Source of the DNA: a virus
Lineage: Duplodnaviria > Caudoviricetes
Virus record (IMG/VR): IMGVR_UViG_3300017963_000617
Span: 1-29,552 of that record
Reading direction: 5' to 3' (one strand)
Length of the DNA stretch: 29,552 nt
Position 1 is the stretch's first letter. Every line of letters begins with the position of its first letter. Below the pieces are notes generated by a model that did no database searches, was not told the origin of the DNA, and saw nothing but the letters and a program-made list of their open reading frames with translations. The position numbers and the translations under genes were made by a program. Below are positions 8,729 through 17,978 of the stretch, one piece after another.

Positions 8729-9234
8729 TATGGAACCTTTATTACGTCAATTTTCGCCGGGTCGATTGTCTTCGTTGACGGGTTCGCTGTAGCGGGCGAC
8801 CCGCCGGTTCCCGGTGCGTAGGCTGTCGCGAATGCGTCCCATTGCGTTTTTAGGTCGTCAAACGCTTCCTTCAACTTTGAAAATCGAACCGCGTTGTCGG
8901 CGTTTCCGTTTATTTCAATTACGCCGCTTGATAGTAAATTCATGAACGCTTTGATCGCGCCTGCGTCGATTGAATAAATTTTTCGTTCGCCTTCGTTCAT
9001 TGACGGTTCGATCCCGTCGTCAACAGCGACACCGACCCGCCAGGAAGAACCAAGGTCGATTACAATCACGCGCGAATCGTTCGGCGGGTTGTAGTCTTCG
9101 CCCGACTGCCTAAACAGTTCGACCGACTGAACGTCGTCCGGATCGGTCAATTCAACCTGAAGGATTAAGACGTTTTTGTCACCGTCGCGATTTTTTCCGA
9201 CGGCGCGTCCGGTGATTCTACCTATCGCCGCCAT
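8728..9234 (-). CDS. Baseplate central spike, Mu gp45/gpV-like
   Basis: LQVE...G...NPP.DS.V.V...G...V.VA.D...EGE..IYS pattern of gp45-type OB-fold spikes; follows the hub gene. Confidence 0.75.
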   Translation of the reverse strand: MAAIGRITGRAVGKNRDGDKNVLILQVELTDPDDVQSVELFRQSGEDYNPPNDSRVIVIDLGSSWRVGVAVDDGIEPSMNEGERKIYSIDAGAIKAFMNLLSSGVIEINGNADNAVRFSKLKEAFDDLKTQWDAFATAYAPGTGGSPATANPSTKTIDPAKIDVIKVP

Positions 9235-10478
9235 GGTTCACCTATTGGTTCGCCTGTGAATACATTCGGCGGAACAATCGACAGTGTCGCCGTCGTTCCA
9301 TTCTTTTCGAAGTTGAATTCAACGCGCCGAATGATAAAATCGAACCCGTCAGGAATAAACAACGACGGCGCCTTGTAAGTAACAAGCGTATTTTCCGACC
9401 ATAGTTCGCCGTTTGGCGAATACCAACTGTCAACCGGAATTTCCATGGTCAGCGCGTCGGCGACCTGTTTCGATCTGCGCCAGTCGGCCGCCGCCTGAAT
9501 ATTTCCCGCGGTTGAATCTTCGGCGGAAAATGTCAGAAATCTTGACTTCGGAATTGCCGTGTCCTTCGCTGTCGCCGTCTTTCGCTTTCGATTTGGACTG
9601 TTCGCAATCGCCTTGTAAACGTTGAACCGCTGTCGACCGTCGAATTTCGCCGCAGAATCCCGAACCGGCGGTTTTCCTTCTTCAAGTGTCCCGACCGGCG
9701 CTCCGGTCGTTTTTGCCTGATAAAATATCACTTCTCCGTCGACTGTTGACGATATCAAAACCGCGCGCTGTGTCGCGAGACCCGCCAAATGTTGAAAGAT
9801 CTTATCCGTCGCGCGCGCCGTTACCTGGTCGAAAATTTCGTTATCGTCGAAATCATAGACAATCGGAATTCCTAAAGGTTCGATCAGTTCCGTCGCCCGG
9901 TCCTTCAGGGTTATTTTTTTCGACTCATAAGGCGGACGCACGGTCGAATCGACAATGTCCGCCGCCGCAGAAGCGCCTTCCAGCGCAACCACGACGCCGC
10001 CTGAACCGCTTGAAGGGTTGACCGAATACAAAACCCCTGTGAATCGTTTCCGTCCGCCTAGATAGCATTTGACGGCCTGATATCCATAAGGCCGGATTAG
10101 TTCAGTTAGTTCAAGGTCTGAAGGGCTCCACTGAAGGGACGCCGCGAACCCGTCCGCGACCGTGTCCATTGTTCGCATTAGTGACGCGCCTTCAACGGGA
10201 ACTTCAGTCCCTTCAATTTCAAAGGTGAACGCGTCAGGATCTTTTCCGACTAAATCGACCGCAAGACTGTTTTCAAGCGCCGCAAGTTCCGGGTCGGTCG
10301 GAATCGTGATCACTTCGCCTGGAAAAATCAGTTCCGGGTTTCCGGACCTTAAAACCGTCTGATTCGCCCTCCAAATCAACCGCCATTTTCGACCGTTTCC
10401 GTATGCCTGCGCCGCGATTCCAGACAGCGTGTCGCCTTCAACGACGATATATTGCTTCCCTTGTGTCGCTTTAGCCAT
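9222..10478 (-). CDS. Baseplate hub (Mu gp44/gpP-like) with N-terminal LysM domain
   Basis: LysM motif YIVVEGDTLSGIA...YGNGRKWRLIWRAN...PELIFPGEVITIP, followed by gp44-like motifs (AADIVDS, DSW..PNGELWSEN). Confidence 0.85.
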   Translation of the reverse strand: MAKATQGKQYIVVEGDTLSGIAAQAYGNGRKWRLIWRANQTVLRSGNPELIFPGEVITIPTDPELAALENSLAVDLVGKDPDAFTFEIEGTEVPVEGASLMRTMDTVADGFAASLQWSPSDLELTELIRPYGYQAVKCYLGGRKRFTGVLYSVNPSSGSGGVVVALEGASAAADIVDSTVRPPYESKKITLKDRATELIEPLGIPIVYDFDDNEIFDQVTARATDKIFQHLAGLATQRAVLISSTVDGEVIFYQAKTTGAPVGTLEEGKPPVRDSAAKFDGRQRFNVYKAIANSPNRKRKTATAKDTAIPKSRFLTFSAEDSTAGNIQAAADWRRSKQVADALTMEIPVDSWYSPNGELWSENTLVTYKAPSLFIPDGFDFIIRRVEFNFEKNGTTATLSIVPPNVFTGEPIGEPWRR

Positions 10479-11781
10479 AGATCACGACCTCGCGACCCGG
10501 TTCAAGGAGAAGGATATCTTCTCCCTTTAGATGGTTTGATGAAATAAAAAGGTCAAAATTTTCATCGTTTTCGCCTAGTGATCCATATTCTGTTATGGTG
10601 ATTTCAATCGGCGCGCGCGGTTTGGTCAAAACAAACCGCTTTTCAACGTTCAGGTCAAACGCGGAAACAAGAAGGTATTTAATCGCGGACGCCGTCGCAA
10701 GCGCGGCGTCAACGAACGATTGCGACTGACTGAAAAACTGACTGTCAATGTCGTTATCTTCAAAATTCGCCATTACAACGTCAAGGGCGTCGGAAATAGT
10801 CGCGAATTTCGTTGACAAGTCTTCCGCAAATTCAACTGCTTCCGCGCGCGTCTGAAGAAGGCCGGTTGTAGCAATTTTTGCATTCGCGCCTAGTATCGCA
10901 GACAACGAATTTTCAAGAACAGCCGTCCGGTTTTTGTCTTCAGCGCTTGCGCCGCCTGGTAGTTCGTCAAGAAGTCCGGTCGTCAGGTCGGCATAGTAAT
11001 CAAGACGCGACCCGATATCGTTATTTGCAAGAAGTGGGATCTGCGTCAGTTGTTGCATTTGACCGGAAAGTTCTGCGGCCGCCAGCGACGGCGCGTTCAA
11101 TACGTCCTGAATTGACCCTTGAATCCCGTCAACTAGGTTGTTCAATGAATCAATTGTTGTAAACAGAGGCGAAAGCGCCGCGTCGGTCAACCCGGTTGCT
11201 ATGTCCGCGACGTCCTGAATTGTGTTCCGAAGGGTTTCCGTCTTTTCGCTTATATTGTCCGCGAATTGTTGCGCGGCGTTGATATTCAGGTTGTTGACGT
11301 TTGCGTCGGTCTCGCCCTTCAATTCCGGCGCCGACGTCAAGTCTTCAGGAAGAATCGGATCGATCCAGCTAGTTCTGACTTCCGTTATGTTTCCGTTTGT
11401 GATCGGTTGCGTCTGTTGAGAAATGGACAGCATTTGAAGATCTAAAAAACCAAGAACCGGGTGCGTAACATCCCAAAGGCCGTTTTGATCTGCGCTAGTC
11501 CAAAAACGCGCGGCGTCAAGGTCGTTGTCTTTTCCCGCGAAGAAAAACGTTATATCATAGTGCGACGAAGTCATTTCCAAGTCTTGCGCGATTGTTCCGA
11601 CGATCTTCGGATAGTCGAACAGACCGATCTTTTTCGATTTATCCCTTGTGTCGCCGCGCCAAAAACCGGAATATTCGTCACCGTCCGGCGAAATGAATTT
11701 GATATTGGGTCGAAGGCGCGCGTTCCAATCGTCCGGACCTAGACCTAAGATATCCTTTATTCTGTCAAGCGTTTCCGTCAT
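10471..11781 (-). CDS. DNA-circularization / tail-tube initiator protein (Mu gpN-like)
   Basis: N-terminal W..RLRP...F...YP...QDL...HPVLG and C-terminal EYGS...F...N..L..G motifs; directly after the tape measure gene. Confidence 0.75.
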   Translation of the reverse strand: MTETLDRIKDILGLGPDDWNARLRPNIKFISPDGDEYSGFWRGDTRDKSKKIGLFDYPKIVGTIAQDLEMTSSHYDITFFFAGKDNDLDAARFWTSADQNGLWDVTHPVLGFLDLQMLSISQQTQPITNGNITEVRTSWIDPILPEDLTSAPELKGETDANVNNLNINAAQQFADNISEKTETLRNTIQDVADIATGLTDAALSPLFTTIDSLNNLVDGIQGSIQDVLNAPSLAAAELSGQMQQLTQIPLLANNDIGSRLDYYADLTTGLLDELPGGASAEDKNRTAVLENSLSAILGANAKIATTGLLQTRAEAVEFAEDLSTKFATISDALDVVMANFEDNDIDSQFFSQSQSFVDAALATASAIKYLLVSAFDLNVEKRFVLTKPRAPIEITITEYGSLGENDENFDLFISSNHLKGEDILLLEPGREVVIYG

Positions 11782-13736
11782 GGGTTCACGCCTAGCATTT
11801 CAACACCGACGCGCGGGCGCGACATTTCTTCTTCGAATTCCGAACCCGGCGGCGCGCCTGCGATTGTAAGTTTCCCGCGCATCAATTCCGTTTGTCGCTG
11901 TCGTCCTTCGACTTCGCCCGCGTTCGGCGCCGTTCGCGGACCGGAAACGGGAAGTTGCTCGCGAAATAATTCGTCATAGTCGGCGTCAAACATATGTTTC
12001 GGACCGGGGACGCCTGCATGACTTCCGAAGCGCGCCGCGTCGCGTTTCTTCTTGAAGTCGTCCATTAGGTTGTTAAGATTTTTGAAAACCTTCGTGTCGA
12101 TTCCGAAAAAGTCCGCGACCTTCTGTCCGCCTGCGGCGACCAACTTCATGAACACCATTAAAAGATCTTCGATTGCCGTCCTGACCAGTTCGACGCCTTC
12201 AAGGAACGTCACCTTCAAAAATTCCCAGTTCTTGACAACCGTCAGAAGGACCGAACCCCACGCCGCAAACGCCGCGATATAGACTGCAAGCGGATTCGCC
12301 GCAAGAAACACAAACAGCGGTTTTAATGCAACCGACATTCCCCACATCATAACGCCGAACAGCGTCTTCAGGCTCGCGATTCCCGCAAGGACGGCGGGCG
12401 CGCTAAGTGCCGCAACGGCGACGCCTAGACCTATGAAAAGCGGACGCATATCGTCAAGGGTTGTCTTCAGAAAATCTAAATCGGTTCTAAGGCCGACAAC
12501 CGTTTCGTCTTTGAACGTTCGGAAGTCGTCCGACAGTTTTTTGACGTCAATTCCGCGCAACGCTTCAACCGTCCGGTCGATTGCGCCCGGAATTTGATCC
12601 TTGAATACGTCGACGAATTTAAAACCCGTTTCAATCGCTGTTGACTTCAGAACGCGCAAGCGATTTCCGACGGACGTTCGCATATCGTCAGCGACTTCCT
12701 TCGCCGTGCGTCCTGATTCAATGGTTTTTGTTTTGTAGTCTTCTAGCCATTCGCCGCCTAGTTCAAGAACCTTTGAAACGCCCACAATCGCGCGCTGACC
12801 GAAAACCATTTTGATCGCCGCTAGTCGTTGCGCGTCCGTCATTTTTTCCGTCGCCTTTGCGAAGTCGGTGAAAATTTCAATCGGTTTTCGCATTGACTTT
12901 GTCAACGGGTCGACTGCGTTGACGCGCATCTTGCGAAGTTGTTTCGCACCCTTCGCCGTCGGCGCCGCCAGTTGAGTAAACATCATTCGCATTGTCGTTC
13001 CCGCAAGGGTGCCTTCCAGGCTTGCCCGCGACACTGCGCCCGCTAAAGTGGCGAAATCTTCCAGTTCGCCGCCTGCGGTGTTCACTACTGCGCCCGCGAA
13101 TTTCATGGTTTCGAAAAGGCCCTGAAGGTCCGTCGACGCTGAATTCACGGTTCTTGAAAACACGTTATTAATTCGGGATAAATTTTTTAAACGTTCTTCG
13201 GGATCTTCCGCCGCCAGGTTGAACGAATTAAGAGCCTTGACGCCGATTGCCGTCGATTCCGCTAGATCCATCGCCGCAATAGTCGCTAGGTCTGTCGTTG
13301 ACGCCGCCGCAAGCATTGCCTGTTCTTGATTGAACCCGGCCTTGACTAGTTCGTCGATTGCGCGCGCGGATTGCGCGGCTGTAAATTCCGTCGTCGCGCC
13401 TATGTCGCGCGCGGTTTTTTCCAGCGTCTTGAACTGTTCGGTTCCGCGCTGAACGTTCAACTTCGCGGCGGCGGAAGTGATCGCGTCGTCAAAATCGACA
13501 AATTCAGACGTGACGTTGCGAACGCCTTCCTGAAGTAAACCAAACGTTCTTGAAATCATTCCGGCGGTTAAAATTCCGCCGACGATAGACTTGAAACCAA
13601 GCGCCGATTTTGAGGCCATGCGAAACGCGCCTTGCGACTTGCGTCCGAAGCGGTCCGCGCCCTTCGACATGCGTTTGAAGGCCGGTGTGACCCTATCGTT
13701 CGCTTTGAACGTCGTCCTGACAACGAAATCGGGCAT
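11778..13736 (-). CDS. Tail tape measure protein (TP901-family core)
   Basis: ARDIGATTEFTAAQSA...LVKAGF, NSASTDLQGLFETMKFAG and GTLAGT motifs; helical and Ala-rich with a hydrophobic stretch. Confidence 0.93.
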   Translation of the reverse strand: MPDFVVRTTFKANDRVTPAFKRMSKGADRFGRKSQGAFRMASKSALGFKSIVGGILTAGMISRTFGLLQEGVRNVTSEFVDFDDAITSAAAKLNVQRGTEQFKTLEKTARDIGATTEFTAAQSARAIDELVKAGFNQEQAMLAAASTTDLATIAAMDLAESTAIGVKALNSFNLAAEDPEERLKNLSRINNVFSRTVNSASTDLQGLFETMKFAGAVVNTAGGELEDFATLAGAVSRASLEGTLAGTTMRMMFTQLAAPTAKGAKQLRKMRVNAVDPLTKSMRKPIEIFTDFAKATEKMTDAQRLAAIKMVFGQRAIVGVSKVLELGGEWLEDYKTKTIESGRTAKEVADDMRTSVGNRLRVLKSTAIETGFKFVDVFKDQIPGAIDRTVEALRGIDVKKLSDDFRTFKDETVVGLRTDLDFLKTTLDDMRPLFIGLGVAVAALSAPAVLAGIASLKTLFGVMMWGMSVALKPLFVFLAANPLAVYIAAFAAWGSVLLTVVKNWEFLKVTFLEGVELVRTAIEDLLMVFMKLVAAGGQKVADFFGIDTKVFKNLNNLMDDFKKKRDAARFGSHAGVPGPKHMFDADYDELFREQLPVSGPRTAPNAGEVEGRQRQTELMRGKLTIAGAPPGSEFEEEMSRPRVGVEMLGVNP

Positions 13737-14310
13737 TAATTACCGGCCTCCTTTTCAGATATCATGTTGTGCCAATTGTTGAAATATTTCAGTTCGCCAT
13801 ATTTCAACCTTTTTAGTTCGCTTGGTTGTATCCCTCGGAAGAACAGATTTCCGATCCACTGGTCAACGCGAGGGACTATACTTGCAAAAAAAGCGCACCC
13901 AAGCATTCCGCAATCGATATGTCGACGCCCTTCAGGCGCATTATCACCGCGCCGCCTTCCTTCGACAGACCGCCCAAAAATGAATAGATCTTTCCATGAT
14001 AATCCGATTCCTTGTTGTCTTTCATGGCGATTTTTGAGCGGCCGTCAATTTCGCGGTATTTGATAACGGTCAAGCTTCCTTCTTTTCCGCCTATCGGTTT
14101 CTTTAGATACTGATAGACGTTCAGGGTGTCGTCTTCTTCCTTGATTTCAAGACGTCCCTTTTTGATCGCTTTTAAAAGCTTGTTACAAGATGACGTGATT
14201 GCGTTGTGAACGTTTTCGTCTGAAATGTCGTCAAGATCCAAATCGTAATAGTCAAGCAACGTGTCAAGCTGCTTTTGAGCGTTTTCCTTCGACAATTTTT
14301 TTTCTGACAT
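13736..14310 (-). CDS. Extended tail chaperone (GT / E+E'-type, ~191 aa) produced by -1 ribosomal frameshift at T TTT TTG (13891-13885)
   Basis: The -1 frame is open for 49 codons (ASIVPRVDQWIGNLFFRGIQPSELKRLKYGELKYFNNWHNMISEKEAGN) and its TAA overlaps the tape measure ATG (TAATG). Confidence 0.85.
13876..14310 (-). CDS. Tail assembly chaperone (gpG/gpE-type)
   Basis: 144 aa between tube and tape measure; ends in the slippery sequence CTT TTT TTG. Confidence 0.8.
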   Translation of the reverse strand: MSEKKLSKENAQKQLDTLLDYYDLDLDDISDENVHNAITSSCNKLLKAIKKGRLEIKEEDDTLNVYQYLKKPIGGKEGSLTVIKYREIDGRSKIAMKDNKESDYHGKIYSFLGGLSKEGGAVIMRLKGVDISIAECLGALFLQV

Positions 14311-14329
14311 TGTTCATTTTCCTTTTTTG

Positions 14330-14710
14330 CTACCCGGCGAACAAAGTCCAGTCGTCGTCCGGAAGGACTTGACAGGTTGTTCGGTTCTCCTCCGTTTCGT
14401 TGTTTTCTATTTCAAGGGTTCCTTCGCAACGATAGGTATCGCCTGCGGCGTTCGTATACGAAAACGCGACTGGTTCAAGCTGTTCGGCGTAGCCCTTCAA
14501 AACGTCGCGTTCGACCGAATTAGTCACAAGAACCAACCCTTCGCGAATCGGTGGACGTTTCATCATTTTACGCATGGACTTTCCAGAAGTCGCGATCATG
14601 CTGTTTTCGAATTTTGAAATCGTTTCGGTCAAATTCGCGTCGGCGGCGACCCTGAACGGAACGCCTTCGACCGTGAATTTTCGAAGCGATCCTGATACAT
14701 CATAAGGCAT
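14330..14710 (-). CDS. Tail tube protein
   Basis: 126 aa immediately after the sheath, with a GGAGG SD; size and position match Mu-type tubes. Confidence 0.75.
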   Translation of the reverse strand: MPYDVSGSLRKFTVEGVPFRVAADANLTETISKFENSMIATSGKSMRKMMKRPPIREGLVLVTNSVERDVLKGYAEQLEPVAFSYTNAAGDTYRCEGTLEIENNETEENRTTCQVLPDDDWTLFAG

Positions 14711-14724
14711 TTTTCAAACCTCCT

Positions 14725-16293
14725 TTATTGCAACAACACGGCAAGCGACGCGTCGAATTGTGTCACAGTGTCGAAAATTCCGCCTTCGCCGCTTACAAGC
14801 AACGGTAAAGTCGAATCAAACCCGGTTCCGCCTGCGCGAATCGTCACAAGTCCGCCCGCCTGAAGGCGTTCGATTGTAAACGCCGCCGTGAATATCCAGG
14901 CGCGCCCTTCAAACGCAATCGTCAGCCGAAGAAGGTCGTCAATCACCGCGTCAATATCGCGAGCCTTTTCGCGACTGATCGAATTTGAAACCTTCGTCAC
15001 GTCTGCGACAATGCTGATCCCTTGCCATTTCGTCCCGCTGAAATTCACGCGTTCGGCGTTCAGCACGTTTTGAACGATGCTGATATTTCTCATTGACCGA
15101 TATACGTTCGACGTGATCGGAACACTGGTCGGATGATAGAAGGTCGCGACGTTTTGCAGTATAAGCGCGTTTCCAACCGCCTTTGTCGGCGAAATTCCCG
15201 CCTTCAATGCCGTGTCGCGCGAATCATAAAACCGCGTCCAGCGGTCCGCCAGCGCGCCCGGAATGATTCCCGGTAACACTTGACCGATATATGATTCTTC
15301 CGCCCGGTCGTTGTTGACGCGCGCCATGATTCCAATCGTCACCGCCGCGACTTCCGCCGGATGATTCGGCGACCCTGGCGCGGCGATTATGCCGTTTGTC
15401 CGGTCGGTCTCGCGTCGTCCGTCGCCCAATGCAACAAGGGCGGAAAGCGCCGAAGAACCGGGTTCGACGTCGCCGTCAAGGACACGAAACGGCCTTGAAA
15501 CCAATTTCGCATAGTTCCCGGTTTTCGTATCACCGATCCCGTTGTAAACGCTGATTTTGTTCAGGGTCGTTGAATCCTGTCCGTAACCGTGAACAACGTC
15601 GGTGTTGTGGTTTACGTTCTGATCGTCGCCGGTTCCAAGACCGTCAAGCGCGTCGTCAACGTCGGGAAGACCGGCGCCGCCTGTCATGTCGGTTACAACC
15701 GCAACAACGCCCGCGGGAAGTTCTTCTTGAAATCCCCAGTTGAACGTCAGGGAAATCAAGTCACCCCAGGGGCCTTTTGACTTCGACGTGAAGTCGACCT
15801 GCGCGGGCGTCCCGCCGTTGACCGCCGCCGTTACCGGAAGATCGTCGTCGGCATTCACCGCGGCGACAACATTCGTCGCAATGTCGGTGTCGGCGTCGCT
15901 GTCCGAAACGGTAACAGGAACCGCGATTCCTGCGATATACAGATACAGCGTCGCGTTTTCCGTCGGAACCGACCCGGTAAAATCGATATCGCCCGCCGCC
16001 GCAGTTGCGCCGCCCGCTTCAGGTTGTGGAACAATCCAGGTTTCGACGCCTTGCCCGCCTGCGAAGGTCCGGACCGCCAACCTATGCAGCATGAACCCGA
16101 AACCCGTCTTCGCGCCGACGTCCGCTTCGTCGGTCACAAGAACCGGAACATTGTCGACGACGCTTGTTTTTGCGGGATCATACGTCCCGATAATCACAAT
16201 TTTTCGCGGAAGCACGTCGGCGGACGGCGCGAATTGAACGTTTTCCGCGCTTGCGCCGACTGCGGCCGCGAGGCTGTTTGCACTTAAACCCAT
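14725..16293 (-). CDS. Contractile tail sheath protein (Mu gpL-like)
   Basis: 522 aa with IVIIG, GFGFMLHRL, YIAG..V.V, VNADDDLPVTA, SKSKGPWGD, MTGGAGLPD..AL and AL.AGISP motifs. Confidence 0.9.
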   Translation of the reverse strand: MGLSANSLAAAVGASAENVQFAPSADVLPRKIVIIGTYDPAKTSVVDNVPVLVTDEADVGAKTGFGFMLHRLAVRTFAGGQGVETWIVPQPEAGGATAAAGDIDFTGSVPTENATLYLYIAGIAVPVTVSDSDADTDIATNVVAAVNADDDLPVTAAVNGGTPAQVDFTSKSKGPWGDLISLTFNWGFQEELPAGVVAVVTDMTGGAGLPDVDDALDGLGTGDDQNVNHNTDVVHGYGQDSTTLNKISVYNGIGDTKTGNYAKLVSRPFRVLDGDVEPGSSALSALVALGDGRRETDRTNGIIAAPGSPNHPAEVAAVTIGIMARVNNDRAEESYIGQVLPGIIPGALADRWTRFYDSRDTALKAGISPTKAVGNALILQNVATFYHPTSVPITSNVYRSMRNISIVQNVLNAERVNFSGTKWQGISIVADVTKVSNSISREKARDIDAVIDDLLRLTIAFEGRAWIFTAAFTIERLQAGGLVTIRAGGTGFDSTLPLLVSGEGGIFDTVTQFDASLAVLLQ

Positions 16294-16296
16294 TGT

Positions 16297-16950
16297 TTAA
16301 CCTCCTGTTAAAACGCCCGCTTCGGCCTTGTCTGCGGTCGCGCTGTCTGGTTGATAAAACTTATTATCGACGTCAATCGCAGGCGGAACCGCCGGTTCCG
16401 GCGTCGCGCCTGTGACCTGTTCGTCAATTTTGCAAGTTAATTGCATTGATCCAGTTAAGACAACCAACTTCCCGCGCGGAAGTGGATCGTCCTTGTTTAT
16501 CCCGCTTATCCAGCGGGAACCGACGGGACGCGCGAGACCTAGATCAACATTTCGCGCGTCCATTATTTCCTGATAGATTATGTCGGCCAATTCATCAAAC
16601 GAATTGTCGGCCAGGTCGGACGCTTCCTGTAAAGCCGCAAGCGCGCCTTGTATTTGCGCGGGCGTCGACGCTGGATTTTGAATAATAGACAAATCGACAA
16701 GCGCCGGTTTTGAAACCGTCAAGTCAAAATTGATCGTTATTTCGTGCGACGTCGAAGACCCGGCGACGCCGCCGCCGGACTTCGAAAAATCGCCGGAACT
16801 ATAATAGACCTGAACCGACCGGTCGTTGTTCTTGACTTCGCTTTCTCCCTGTCCCGGTTTCTGATATCCAATCGTCCGATATCGTCCGCCTTCGGCGGCG
16901 CCTAGAAGGTTGACGACCGAAGCCTTGATCAATCGAAAATTCATTGTCAT
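16297..16950 (-). CDS. Probable tail terminator/completion protein
   Basis: 217 aa directly upstream of the sheath; assigned by synteny only. Confidence 0.5.
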   Translation of the reverse strand: MTMNFRLIKASVVNLLGAAEGGRYRTIGYQKPGQGESEVKNNDRSVQVYYSSGDFSKSGGGVAGSSTSHEITINFDLTVSKPALVDLSIIQNPASTPAQIQGALAALQEASDLADNSFDELADIIYQEIMDARNVDLGLARPVGSRWISGINKDDPLPRGKLVVLTGSMQLTCKIDEQVTGATPEPAVPPAIDVDNKFYQPDSATADKAEAGVLTGG

Positions 16951-17558
16951 GACTGCGCCGCCTCCACAAGATAAAGGCGAATGAAACCAATCGCGCCGCC
17001 GTCTTCCGTCGGTCGTTCGACAATGAACGGATATTTCGGCGCGTCAACCTTCGGTTCAATCGGAATTTCGCAATACCACTTTTCACCGTCGGCGGGAATT
17101 CTGACAAGCGACGTCCGGCGCAAGGTCACGACCGGTTTGTGAACGATTATTTCCTGACCTGTTTCGGGGTTGTCAACTAATGTGTCATAGATGATCTGAC
17201 CGACCAGTTCAAGACTATCGTTCACCATTGCGACCGTCGCGCCCGCTGATTCGTCGACTATCGATTCAACAACTATTATTTTGTTTTGTGTAATATTTTG
17301 AACAGTGTAAGAACCGTCATTCAAGGCGGTTCCGTTGATCGATATTGTGTCGCCGTCAGAAATCCGAATATATCGAAAATCCGTCGCTGTCGAATTCACG
17401 CTTTTGTCGGAAGCAACGAACGAAAGATCGTCAGCGCGAACAACAATCGGACTGTCCTGTTTTTCACCGTCCGGACCGATAAGGACCGCAGGCAATCCCC
17501 ATTCGCCTTCAAGTGAAAATTCGAGGTCTAATTCGACCTGTTCGCGCAGGTTGATCAC
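16947..17558 (-). CDS. Probable head-closure (FII-position) protein with an 80-aa insertion
   Basis: Lies between the capsid-associated small genes and the tail terminator. Removing residues 37-116 leaves about 123 aa, the usual size for this protein. Confidence 0.6.
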   Translation of the reverse strand: MINLREQVELDLEFSLEGEWGLPAVLIGPDGEKQDSPIVVRADDLSFVASDKSVNSTATDFRYIRISDGDTISINGTALNDGSYTVQNITQNKIIVVESIVDESAGATVAMVNDSLELVGQIIYDTLVDNPETGQEIIVHKPVVTLRRTSLVRIPADGEKWYCEIPIEPKVDAPKYPFIVERPTEDGGAIGFIRLYLVEAAQS

Positions 17559-17573
17559 TTCGCCGCCGCTTTC

Positions 17574-17723
17574 CTACTTTTTGATCGTGATACCCTTCGG
17601 AAGTTTGCCCTTCGGGACTTCGCCCTTGAACTTATTTCCGCCGATATAGATCGTCTTTTTCTTTTCCGCCGGTTTTTTGTCGTCCGGTTTTTCCGGCGCG
17701 GCGTCGGGTTTGTCTTTAGCCAT
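17574..17723 (-). CDS. Small Lys/Pro-rich protein, 49 aa (not in ORF track)
   Basis: MAKDKPDAAPEKPDDKKPAEKKKTIYIGGNKFKGEVPKGKLPKGITIKK; fills the gap between neighbours and its start overlaps the end of the upstream gene. Confidence 0.7.
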   Translation of the reverse strand: MAKDKPDAAPEKPDDKKPAEKKKTIYIGGNKFKGEVPKGKLPKGITIKK

Positions 17724-17976
17724 TGTCAGCCTTCTTTTTCTTTTTCGACTTAGGCGGTTTCGGTCCCGCCTTTGTCGTTTTTTGAACCGCCGCGCTTGTC
17801 TTCGACTTCGTCGGTTTCGCGGCCGGTCTCGGTTTTGCGTCAGGATCGGAAATCCGTCCGTCCGCCTTCATTGCTTCAAGCATTTCGTCGGGAACGACGT
17901 CTTCAGGAACTTCGTCGCCTGGTTTGTACTTGACGCCGGTTCCCTTCAAAATGCCCGGTCCGTTCCAAATAAACAC
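17716..17976 (-). CDS. Small capsid-adjacent protein (lambda FI position) with basic low-complexity tail
   Basis: Start re-called to GTG 17976, two bases after the capsid stop; YKPGDEVPED...M...GRI core followed by a K/P/A-rich tail. Confidence 0.6.
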   Translation of the reverse strand: MFIWNGPGILKGTGVKYKPGDEVPEDVVPDEMLEAMKADGRISDPDAKPRPAAKPTKSKTSAAVQKTTKAGPKPPKSKKKKKADNG

Positions 17977-17978
17977 GA

